NCBI GenBank assembly: GCA_947366545.1
Contig: CANBAL010000003.1
Span: 55,492-119,491, forward strand
Direction: 5' to 3'
Length of the DNA: 64,000 nucleotides
Source of the DNA: an uncultured Clostridia bacterium
GTDB lineage: Bacteria; Bacillota; Clostridia; Christensenellales; UBA1242
Shown: positions 19,227 through 30,300 of the stretch, one piece after another
How positions within the stretch are numbered: position 1 is the first letter of the stretch
Layout of the letters: each line of letters opens with the position of its first letter
Position numbers and translations under genes: made by a program
Notes under the pieces: model-generated
Told to the model about the DNA's origin: nothing
The model's database searches: none
What the model saw: the letters and a program-made list of their open reading frames with translations, nothing else

Positions 19227-19423
19227 AAAATAAATTATGTGATGTGTCGCACTCGGCGTGTTAACCTTTATCGGTTTAATTCCGCTTATCCACCCTAAAA
19301 CCGACAAGTCGCTTTCAGGGGACCCGTGCGCTCCATACGCAGAACTAAAGTTCTTGGCGTTCAGCCTCATGCTCCACCACTGAGCTACTGAGGCAAATAC
19401 AATTAACTTTATCCTTAATTGTG
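19227..19423 (-). ncRNA. Structured 5' leader of tRNA-Asn. It carries a perfect copy of tRNA nt 1-25 (closed into its own hairpin) and an antisense copy of the anticodon arm
   Basis: 28-nt perfect direct repeat at 19202-19229 and 19370-19397. Inverted repeat 19249-19266 versus 19188-19204 (17 of 18). The promoter at 19430-19458 lies upstream of the whole unit. See findings. Confidence 0.5.
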
Positions 19424-19429
19424 CAATTT

Positions 19430-19458
19430 ATGATACCAAATATTTGTTTTATTGTCAA
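19430..19458 (-). promoter_or_regulatory. Promoter (TTGACA-17 nt-TATCAT on the minus strand) driving the tRNA-Asn leader plus tRNA
   Basis: Plus-strand tgtcaa at 19453-19458 and atgata at 19430-19435, with a 17-nt spacer. Confidence 0.55.
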
Positions 19459-19477
19459 TAATTTTTGAAACAAATAT

Positions 19478-19657
19478 TTAAAAATTTTCGTTTATTGTAA
19501 CGACTTCTTCTATTTGATCGTTTTTGTTATTGATGTCATCCAAATCCTTTTGCTTATTATTTAGGATTATTGTAGTAATTATGGCAAGGGAAATTGCCAA
19601 AATCAGTACGATTATGGCAAGTATAGTTCTAAACTTGTTTTGAGTCTTGTTTTCCAT
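19478..19657 (-). CDS. Small bitopic protein (59 aa) in the position of divIC/ftsB after yabP-yabQ; not in the ORF track
   Basis: Hand translation gives MENKTQNKFRTILAIIVLILAISLAIITTIILNNKQKDLDDINNKNDQIEEVVTINENF*. It has an N-terminal TM followed by a polar helical tail. It overlaps the yabQ 3' end by 29 nt in another frame. Confidence 0.4.
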   Translation of the reverse strand: MENKTQNKFRTILAIIVLILAISLAIITTIILNNKQKDLDDINNKNDQIEEVVTINENF

Positions 19658-19997
19658 GTTTTTTTAGCTTTCCTTTGAATCTTACTATAGTATTGTAACA
19701 CTTATCAAGTAGTTTTGTCCACAATTTTCCTATAGTAAACCTTTCCAAAAAGAAACTTAGCGCGAATATAAAAAGTATATATAACCTAAATTTTCCATAA
19801 TTTACAATCAGATTTATATAAAACAGCAAAAAAGCGGACAATAAGGCTTGCAAAAAGTAGGTAAGTTGCCTTACCACCTTGTTTTTGTTTAGAAAATATG
19901 TCACAAAGGTTCCCGCATCAAATATTAGGCCACTTAAAAGTCCAACACCAAAGATTGATAGGATTATTATGGGCTGGCTCAGTGTCTCGTATAGCAT
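19629..19997 (-). CDS. yabQ: YabQ-like spore cortex biosynthesis membrane protein
   Basis: 122-aa protein with 3-4 TM segments. TAATG overlap with the yabP stop. Assignment rests on the conserved yabP-yabQ gene order. Confidence 0.6.
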   Translation of the reverse strand: MLYETLSQPIIILSIFGVGLLSGLIFDAGTFVTYFLNKNKVVRQLTYFLQALLSAFLLFYINLIVNYGKFRLYILFIFALSFFLERFTIGKLWTKLLDKCYNTIVRFKGKLKKHGKQDSKQV

Positions 19998-20251
19998 TAC
20001 TTAAAAATCCTTTTAAGCAACGGTTGTTTGCTTCCGCCTAAAGATGAAAATTTAACATTTGAAGTTTTGCCGCAAAAGACAACCATTTCATTATCTAAAT
20101 CAAGTTTTTTGACTTCTATGTTTGCACCCGTAATCACTATTGTTGTTGTGGAAGTTTCAACCACCGCTTGATTTTGTGTGGATGAGACCACTTTTTTTGC
20201 TCCTTTTATCGAAATACTATTGTTATCTTCAATGAAAACGCTCTCACTCAT
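19997..20251 (-). CDS. yabP: Sporulation protein YabP
   Basis: 84 aa. The pattern ..ISIKGAKKVVSSTQNQAVVETSTTTIVITGANIEVKKLDLDNEMVVFCG.. matches the YabP/YqfC beta-rich family. SD AAGGAG upstream. Confidence 0.72.
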   Translation of the reverse strand: MSESVFIEDNNSISIKGAKKVVSSTQNQAVVETSTTTIVITGANIEVKKLDLDNEMVVFCGKTSNVKFSSLGGSKQPLLKRIFK

Positions 20252-20332
20252 AATTACTCCTTTTTAGTATTTTATTTTGGGAAAGATATAAAAATGATAG
20301 ATTTCTTTATTTAATTCATGTAGAATGTAGTT

Positions 20333-21157
20333 ATGGAAAAGAAAGTGATTTTGACGAAAAAGAAAGATAGGATTCTCAACATTTTATGTGGAGAGGGTTT
20401 TTCATACAATTACGCAAGCAAGTTACTACGAAATAAAGATGTAAAAATTGATGGCGTGAGGGTAAAAGAAAACATTGATGTTATGGTTGGCAGTGAAATT
20501 ACCGTATTTTATTCTGAGAATGGCATTGCGGCAAAATTTGAAATCGTATATCAAGATGAAAATATTTATATAATTTCAAAAAAGTCCGGCATTGAAGTTG
20601 AAGGAAAGGAGGGGCTTGAAGGACAAATAAAGGGTGCGATTGCGGTACATAGACTAGATAGGAATACTGAAGGCTTACTTGTAATGGCGAGAAATGCCAT
20701 GGCAAAAGAGGTGCTACTTAATGCCTTTAAAAATAGGACGATTGAAAAGAAGTATGTGGCAGAGGTGATTGGGGCGACAAATTTTAAAGGGGAAGAATAT
20801 AAAGCTTATCTTATAAAGGACAGCGAAAAGTCTGCAGTGAAGATTATTTCTAAGCCAAGTCATAGTGCGGTGGAAATAATCACGAGATTTAAAACATTAA
20901 AATCAACACCTGCCTCCAGTGTTGTAGAATGCGATTTAGTCACCGGAAAAACGCACCAAATTAGGGCACATCTTGCCTACCTAGGCCACCCTATAATTGG
21001 GGATGGAAAATATGGAAAAAATGAAAATAATAAAAAATTCAAAGAAAAATCGCAAAAATTACATTGTTTTTATATAAAATTTAATAAATTATCCTCTCCG
21101 CTTGATTATTTAAACAATAAAATATTTACAAATTATCCCGAGTGGTTTAAGAAATAA
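20333..21157 (+). CDS. RluA-family pseudouridine synthase with N-terminal S4-like domain
   Basis: Catalytic motif HRLDRNTEGLLVMARN and KTHQIRAHLAYLGHPIIGDGKYG. Confidence 0.88.
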   Translation: MEKKVILTKKKDRILNILCGEGFSYNYASKLLRNKDVKIDGVRVKENIDVMVGSEITVFYSENGIAAKFEIVYQDENIYIISKKSGIEVEGKEGLEGQIKGAIAVHRLDRNTEGLLVMARNAMAKEVLLNAFKNRTIEKKYVAEVIGATNFKGEEYKAYLIKDSEKSAVKIISKPSHSAVEIITRFKTLKSTPASSVVECDLVTGKTHQIRAHLAYLGHPIIGDGKYGKNENNKKFKEKSQKLHCFYIKFNKLSSPLDYLNNKIFTNYPEWFKK

Positions 21158-21329
21158 ATTGATATTTTCAATTTATTTTTTTGTTTGAAAATATAGGGCG
21201 AAAAAATATTTTTGGAAAAAGAAAAAAATATATATAAATAAATAATAAAATATTATTAAAAAATTATTTGATAAAATATGACAAAAAGTGTTAGAATAAA
21301 TTATACATAAAAACAAGAGGTATTTTTAA

Positions 21330-24300
21330 ATGAGAAAAAAATCCCTTTTAATGGTTTTATCGGTTGTGCTTGTTTCCATGTTTTCGCTATTTGCATGCAC
21401 AGATAAAACAAATTCCAAGGTTAAGTTTACGCAAAACGAAATTGTAGTTTCTCAAAATGAGCCTATAAATTTTTTTGATTACCTTGATTTAGGGGACTTT
21501 CAACAAACAAACATTAACTTTACTTTTTCAAGAAATGACCTTGTAAAGGAAGAGATGAATGAGTATAAGGCGTGTGATATCGGTGGACAAACCACTGTCT
21601 TTGCAAATAAAAACGGTAAGGTGCTTGCAGAAACAAAACTGATAGTAAAATATAAGTTTGCACCTCCAGAAAAAATTGAGATAAGTGAGGACGGCTATCT
21701 TACATGGGAAAATAGTTATGTATATAATGGCAGCGAAATAAAATATGCGTCCCAGTACATTGTAAAAATAAACGGTGAAGAACTGCCTATGCCAGTAATT
21801 GGCAACACTTTCTTTATTGGTGAGGAGCAAGGCGAGTACTTAGTACAAATTAAGGCTAAGGGTATTGAGGAAGAATACATAGACGCTTCTGAATTTAGTG
21901 TAGAGAAGGAAGTTTGCTACAGAGTTGTGCCAAAAGTGGAAAATGTTGAATATTTGCCAAGTCAAAGTTTTGGCAATAGTGAGGGCACTATCACTTGGGG
22001 TGCGGCAAATTATTTTGGGCAAGATGCAAGATATAATGTATATCTTGGCGACATAAAAATCTTAAATGATAGCGAAGAGCGAAAGGTAAGCGTTGACTTA
22101 AATAATTTCAAAGCAGGACAGAGTACAGAGATTGTTATCGAGGCCTTTATTCCAAATTCCGATATTCTAAGTTCAAGAAGATTGATACCAGTGACCAAAC
22201 TTACAAACCCTCGGGTGAAATATCAAGGCGGACTATTAAGCTGGGATGAAGATTTAAATGCTGAACAATATAGGGTTTTCTATGTTGATAAGCGCGACCC
22301 TAGCATAAATGGTATTATTAATGAAGGTAACAATGGCAGCATTCTCAATGGGTTAAGCCATGGGATATATGAAGTGCAGGTGCAAGCCGTAGGTATGATA
22401 AATGGAAACGGGATTTTTGCAAGCAGTGGCGTATCAAATACCATTGACTGTGTGAAACTTGAAAATCCTGAAATCGCATATTCCGTTGAAGGAAGTAGGG
22501 TGATTATTAATTTTACCCAAGACGAGTATATAAAAAATTACACAATTAGGTATGCAGATCAAGTTGTTAACTTTAACACAACTGCGGGTCTTACCAAAAT
22601 AATTGATATGTCTGGCTTAGAGGCAGGCAAATATGAGTTTAATATTTTTGCCACCCCTACTTTGTCTGGCGGCGAAATACTACCATGGCAAAGCGCGGAA
22701 GGTGAAAGTTATAGCAATGTGGTAAATGCAGATGTAAAGGTGTTTACCATTTACAAACATCCCGCTTTTGAAAGTGTGACACATTCATTAGATGAATACA
22801 ATAATTCAATCTTGACCTTTGAGGCGATTGATTATGCCGATATTTACAAAGTGACAATAAATGGAGAGGAACTATTATTTGAAGATGTAGAGCCGGTCTA
22901 TCTTGAAAATGAAGGAAAATACATAGTAAATCTGAATTTAGGCGATTTATCTTCAAAAATAGTTGAAAAATACAATATTGTAGTGGAGGCTTTCCGAAAG
23001 GACGAAAACTCCATAAGTGTTAGTTTTCAAAAAGAAATCAATCTTTTGCCAGTGGTTACCGCTGAGGGGACAGAAAACCAAGAAAACGGTCTTTTCAAGT
23101 GGCAAAGTGCCAGCGAATACGCAAAATATGTATATGAGATTTACAAACTTGACGGCCTGTATAAATTAGGAAGTGAAGAACTTAATAATGCTATAAGTGG
23201 TATCACTCCACTTGTTGGAGAGACTGAGAATACTGTAATAAACAATCAAATTAATGATTTTGGCTATTACTATATCAGAATTTATACTCGTACAAGAAAT
23301 CAAGAAGTGACAGATAGATTCCTTGACGGAGATTTTAATGATGAAAATCGATACTATCAATCGATTTTCACCGTACAAGCAAGGCTTGGCACTCCTAAAC
23401 TGACTTTCGGGCTTAATGATGAGACAGGCACTTATGCCGTCACCATTCCTAATGTTGAATTTTCTGACAAATACTTAATTTCAGTCCTTTACAATGATGA
23501 AACTATAGAAGACACCCTTTTCAATAGTCCTGCTGCCGACAGAGTTTATTTCTTTGGAACTAATCAATTTGATAGGGCTGGCAATTATACAATAAGCGTT
23601 GTTGCAAATTCTGGTGAGGAAATTCCAAAAGATATGGAGGGGGAATTTATAAAAATTCTTCACCCTAATTCTGAAATAAGTGTTGTGAATGTGGAAAAAC
23701 TTGCAAACCCTACATTTACATCAGAAGATATAGATCAAGATTTAATCCTCACTCTAAAAGGTCCTTCTCATGTCGGCGATATTATTATTTCAAAGAATGG
23801 AGAGAGGTTAAATAATGAAGGAGATAATACTCTTGATTTAAGTCAAATAAGTGGAGAAATCGTATTCCAGTTTATCGCAACTGATGAGGATGAAACAGAT
23901 AATAATTATTACCTCGACAGTAACCCTACGCCTTACACCTTTGTTCGCGCCGCAAGGCCAACAAACCTTGTTCACCGAAAAGGCAATTTAATTTTTGAAT
24001 GCGCTGATGAAGAATACATTGATGAGTATAAAGTTGAAATCACCCTTGTCAATACTCTTAATCCTAATTATACCATTGTAGCATCTGCCGAGAAAGGCAA
24101 AGAGTTTGGCTTGCAGGACTATATTCAAAACGAAGTGAAGATTAATAGCCGTTTTAAGAGTGAGTATGAGCAGTGGTCAAAGCAAAAAAACGGCGTGATA
24201 GAAATTAAAGTATTTGCGTACAAGTTATCATATGTAGAAGTGGACGGCAAAACAGTTTTCATGATGCCTTCACTTGCTGCAACCACTCCAACTGGGGAGG

Positions 24301-27300
24301 AAAAGCTTTCCTTAGTAAACCTTGACGCGCCAGAGATTATAGGCTATGACACAGAGAACAGAATTTTAAGCTGGCAACCAGTGGGAAGTGCAATCGGCGT
24401 CACCACCTATGATGTTTTTGTAGGCGATGAGAGGGTGGAAACAAACACCACTGGCACCACCTATAATTTCAACTTAAAAAACATACAATTTGGTACTGCA
24501 AAGGAAATCACCGTAGTCGCATATAACGATAGTTATCTTTCGTTTGCAAGTTCAAAACCTATTACTATAAAAAGGCTCAACAGCATACAAAAGGTAAATG
24601 TTATGCAAAGCGGCGAAGTGTATTTCACCCTTCCTCTTACTGGCGTAGAAAGGGTAGAGTGCAATGGGCAGACAGTCAACCTTAATACAAATACTGGAAG
24701 AGTCTCCTTCAACCTTTCTGACTACGAAAGTGACGGCACGGCGAATATTTCACTTGGAGTTATTGCAAAGAATGAAGGCAGCGATATCTATTATGAAAAC
24801 TCTCTTCTTTCAAATTTTGCATTTGAAAACATTTCAAACAAGCTTATTGAATACACAAACAAAGGCGGAGTTCTAAGCTGGACAAATGTCACCCCTGACT
24901 TTGCAGGCGTAGAAGGGAATCCTGTCACCTATACAATCACAATACACAGGGATTCTCCAAAACTTATCACAGGAATAAGCGAAAATAAATACCCACTTAA
25001 TTCGAGTGATTTATATGACCTTTCAATAGGCAATTACTCTTTGGATGTTACGGTTGTCATACCTGATTATCTGATTGGCGGCAAAAATTGTAAAGGTTAT
25101 TATGGCTCTTTGACAAGCGCGCAATTTAGCGTTGAAAAACTTGAGGTGGTAAGCGAGGAAGAAATTTCACTTAGCCTCAAAGAAAATGATACCTTACGCA
25201 TATCACAAAGAAAGGTAAACGCTGATGTTATAATCTCTTGGCCTAACAAATGGCAGGGAGAGGTGGCTTTTGATATCACAATAAATGACAAAAGTATTAA
25301 GTCACTCAAAGAGGGTGACCTTAGCAGTGACTATAGCCTTACTCTCAGTGAGAATAAATATCTTTTAACATTGAAACAAAGTAGCTACTTTGTGGCAGGC
25401 GAGAACAACTTTGAAATTCAAGTAAATGCAGACGATGCAATTTCTTCAAATAAAACAACAAAAACAATAAATAAGTTTGCTACCGTAACAAAGGCAACTA
25501 TTGATGAAAACGGCCTTCTAACTATTGAGGGTGAAAAGGGCGATTATGCAATTTCGATAATCTATAACGATAAGACAGTCGACAAAGAAATTTCTGATAA
25601 TAGCGTTGACATTATGGATCTTTTACAACTTTCACAGGGCAGATATACCTTTGAAGTGGTAAGATTTGATAGCAAAAACATTTCTCTTCCAAGCGTTGGC
25701 GTGTATGGAAGCAGCGGTTATAGATTGCAAGGAATTGGCAGTGCGGAAATTAAGGATACTGGCAATGTTGAAATAAGCCTGTTTAATGAAAGTGAAATCG
25801 ATGAAAATATTGTATTTGTCGCAAAGCGTAATGACGAGGTGAAGGAGTTTGAGCCTCAAAGAAAAGAAGAAAGTGCAATATTCAATTATTCATTAATGGA
25901 CTTTATAAAATTATTCCATATTGAAAACGAAGGAAAGGTCATCATACAAATTTCAGTACGCAAAACGGGTTGCGTAAATGCTGATTGGAAGGATGTTGAG
26001 TACAACTACTTGGCAAGGGAAAGTGGCGTGACTTATACCCGTGGAAGAAATTATAATGATGACTATATCAAAATTACTAAGGTGGAAGACACTACTACAG
26101 CAATTACATTCACCCTTCTTTTAGCAGGACAGACTGAGCAGAACGCAATTAATAGGACATACCTTGCAAGCGAACTTGAAGGATTTTGGATTACAACTGA
26201 AGAGGGTGGCTATTTCACAAAAGAAAAACCTTCAAATGTTAGTCCTGAAAAGATAGAAAGTTGCTATGGGCTAAGTCTAAACTCACTATTACGCGAGGTG
26301 GAAAAGGGTGAGGTTACAATAATAATCAGTAGAATTGCACACAGCGACCAAGGTTATACACAATACAATAGCGTTGAAATTTCACAGATAAATAAACTTT
26401 CAAAAGTGGAAAGCGTGGTCTTAAGAGATGGCGTGCTTACATGGAGAAACTCTACTGAAAGTGATGTGACTGGCTATTATGTTTATTTCTATGTTCAAGA
26501 CGGAGATGCTTTAAAACAGTCATTCTATAAATCAACCACAACTGCTTTCTTAGATATCAAGGCTTTAACTGAAGTACAAGCGGGAACAAACTATTATTTA
26601 AGAGTGGTTGCCGTATCAAGCAAAGAAAAATTTATTGCATCAAATGAAGCAAACCAAGTAAATGCTATGAAATACCGCAGTCCAAGTAAGGTACAAATTC
26701 AAAACGGGAGAATTGTTTTTGACGAGCAGGCTGTTCTAAATTCAGATTTCTTGACTGCGATTAAAACAAATTATAACACTACAAACTTTGTAAGCACTAT
26801 GGCAACAACCACATTCACAAATCTTTTCCATTTCTCAGCATCAAGTATTAGAAGTGCAAGAATAAGGCTGCAATTTAAAGATGGAAATCGAGTGTACTAT
26901 GCCACTGTCAACGCATATGATCTTATGCCAGATCTAAGCCAATACACCTTTAAGTCTTCGACTACTGACCCTATAGATTACCTGTTTGCAATTGAAAAGG
27001 AAATAGACGGAATTTCGGGTTCAAGTGAATTCAAAACCAATCTTCAAGCAATGCTAGATATTCTAAAAAATGTAAATGGTATTGCTAGAAATGGACTGTT
27101 ATTTGATGATTTTGGCAGAAGCATACCTTCTGGCAACTACACTATCACACTGTGTCAGACAGGGCTTGACAATATTGGCACAATAACCTCAGATTACTCA
27201 CAAGAATGTAAGGCTAGCGTAACTGAGGCACCAACAATAGTATTTAGTACCGAAAGTCAAAACAATAAAACACAATATCTCATTACATTTAAACGGGTGA

Positions 27301-30300
27301 ATATTAGACATGGTTTGGAAGAAAATGCTGTTAAGGCAAATCGCTATGTGTTCTATTTAGAGAATGCGTATGATGGAAAGATTACTACTTTTATTATAGA
27401 AAACACCGCTGGCGATAGTGGAGTAGAATATTTCCTTAAAGCATCTGTCAAGATAAGTATTCCGCTTGTGTATAATGAGGCAGACGACACTCTAACACTA
27501 AATATAACGGAACATCTTGCAGCGCTTAGAATTGCCAAAACCACATACAATTTCACAATCTATGCGGAAGGAAACGGCTATGCAATAAATGGTAAAACGG
27601 ACATGAAAACTCTTTCCTTACTCGACATTAATCCAAAAAATATTACATTAGAAGATGGTGAACTTTCTTGGACAGTGGAGGATCGCTACAACGCCTCTTC
27701 TACAAAGGTTGTGCTAAAACAGAAAAATGTGGCGGCAATAACCACTCAGATTGAGTTTGTAGGTACCAAAGCGATGCTTGAATTAGCAAATGTCGGTGAA
27801 TATGAATATATCATTCTCTCATTGCTTGGTGGGTATAGCAATTCAAGCATGAGCGTGGACAGTGATAGTTATATGATACGAAACTTGTATAAACTAAGCG
27901 ATATTTCAGTGTCTGCGAGCGATGACCATTTCACTATAGAAGACCCCAACACACTGGGCGGCTATTACTCTATTTACAATGATGTTGACGGTATCGGAAA
28001 CCCATGTACACAGGCGGGTAAGGAGTACTCCCCAACGCAGTTTAAGGCTAGTGAATACTTCTTCCGTAAGTTAGGCAGCAGTGGTGACTTCACAGAAGAA
28101 ACCCTTACGGAAATTGATATCGAACAAGGTGCCGACCACATCTTAGCGATTAACGGAGTTTCTCCAATCATTCTTTCTTCAAATATAACAAGCCTTAAAG
28201 TGGCATTCTTAAATTCTATTGAGAGCTTTAATATAGAAAACGGAGATCTTTCATGGAGTATTAATAAGAAAAATATAACGCTGCCAGAAGGACACGAAAT
28301 CGTATACGAAGTAACCGCTTGCATCAAGGGGGATGCGATTACAAGAAAACAAACTCTTTATACAGCAGCCACCACATTAGACACTCTTCTGTTTACAGAA
28401 TTGCCAGATTTATCAAATGATCAAAAATATGTGTTCGAAGTTCGTGCGCTTGCTTACAAATTGACTGAAGACAACGGAGACATTCAAACCGTTGAAGGCA
28501 AAAATTATCTAAAAACTCAAATTACTATTGATGATAAAGTATTGCTTGCTGGCAAAGAATATACTTACTCTGGGGGTGAAGGCGGCATTACTCGTGCCGC
28601 AACGCCAACTGGTATTAGTACAAAGTACGGAAGGTTGAGTTGGGACGAAACAGGTGGGCTACGTTATGGATTTAGAACAAGTGTTACGCAAGAAGTATCA
28701 CTCGAAAATCTAAAGTACGGCGACAATCCACATAAATTATTTATCTACTCATATCAAAAAGGGGTTGCAGATAAAATTAAATCAAAACTCCAACCAGTGA
28801 CATTTAATGGTGATAGCCGCATTTACAAATTGCCACAAGTTGAGAAGGATGACTTTGTTCTATTACCAAGAGAGGGCTTTGTAGAAATTGATTTATCAAA
28901 TCTCTATACTAGGAAAACAATTTCAGGCACAGACGCGTATTATAGGGTTAAACTTACAGTGATTGTTGATGAAAGCGAATATGTAGCATATTCTTACAAA
29001 GATGCAAACCAAAACTTCTCTCTATATTTCAAGGAAGAAGAATTTGGTGCAAAAGATAATGTTATTACAGTACCTAGCACATACAAATCGCTAGGATTAA
29101 AATTCCAAGTTGTAGATAATCAAGGTACAACCCAGCGTATTATGACGCTTAATGGTGAGGAAACACCATATGACATCACACCACTAATGTGGGGAAAAGG
29201 TGATACAGTTACTTGGAACAATGAGAAAATGCAATTTGAGTGGACCTATACTACAGATTCAGCAGATAAAATTGTCCCTATGTATAGGGTAAAAGTAAGT
29301 TACTTAGTAGTAGATGGCCTTGTAAAGACTGTAAAGACAGAAGAGGCTGAAGTATTTACAAATTACTACCAGCCAAGAAGACTGGGAAATATTACAAAAA
29401 TAGAAGTATGGGTGAGGAAGGATGCAAATTCAATTTACTCTACAGAACCAATTCGTTATGACCCAACCAAAGAAGAAATATATGGGCAAAATGGCATTGT
29501 TTACAACATATTTGCAGGTGGTGACGGGAGCAAGGAAAATCCTTATAGAATTGCAAATAGTGAGCAGTTTAAGAACATCAAATATAGAAATAACCAAGAA
29601 ATAAAATATTATTTCCAACAAACCGCCGACATTGATTTTAGCATTAAAGGCTTTGGTTTAAATGAGGCTTTTTATGGTGAGTATAACGGTTATTTCAATG
29701 GAGTTAAGACTCTTAACCTTACCCTATCTCCATCAGCAGTGGCAACTGAGAATGGCGGCAGCCTCAGTCTTGGATTTAAATTTGCAACCAGTGCTCGTCA
29801 AAATGTTGATGTCACCTTTGGCGGCTTTGGCGGACTTTTTAAAGAAATCGCTGCTGGTGGAGTTGTGAAAAATCTCTCTCTTTCATTAAACTTTAATGGG
29901 GCACCTTTAAAACAAAACGCGCTTATGACGGGACTGGCACTGATAAACTATGGAAAAATTGAAAATATTAATATAATTTCGGTTACCAGCAGTTATACCA
30001 TTTCTTCTGGCTCCAGCAATAACACCCTTGCTCAAGCAGGACTTGTTGGAAGAAACTTTGGCAATATAACTGGTTGTGCGAATAATGCCGAGGTGAATGT
30101 TAGATTAAATTCTCCTTACGCGAACAATGTTATTGTAAGTGGACTTGTGCTTGCAAACGAAAAGGATCAGAGTATAAAAGGCATAATTTCTGATTCTTAT
30201 AATAATGGAAACATTACTGTGACTAACACCAAAAAAAATAGCATGATTTGGATAAGCGGACTGGTTATCAATAATACAAGTGAAATCTTGCGCTCGGGCA

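Noticed and set aside
19176-19370. 64-aa minus-strand ORF in the track.
   Set aside because: It overlaps tRNA-Asn and its structured leader, so it is a non-coding RNA region.
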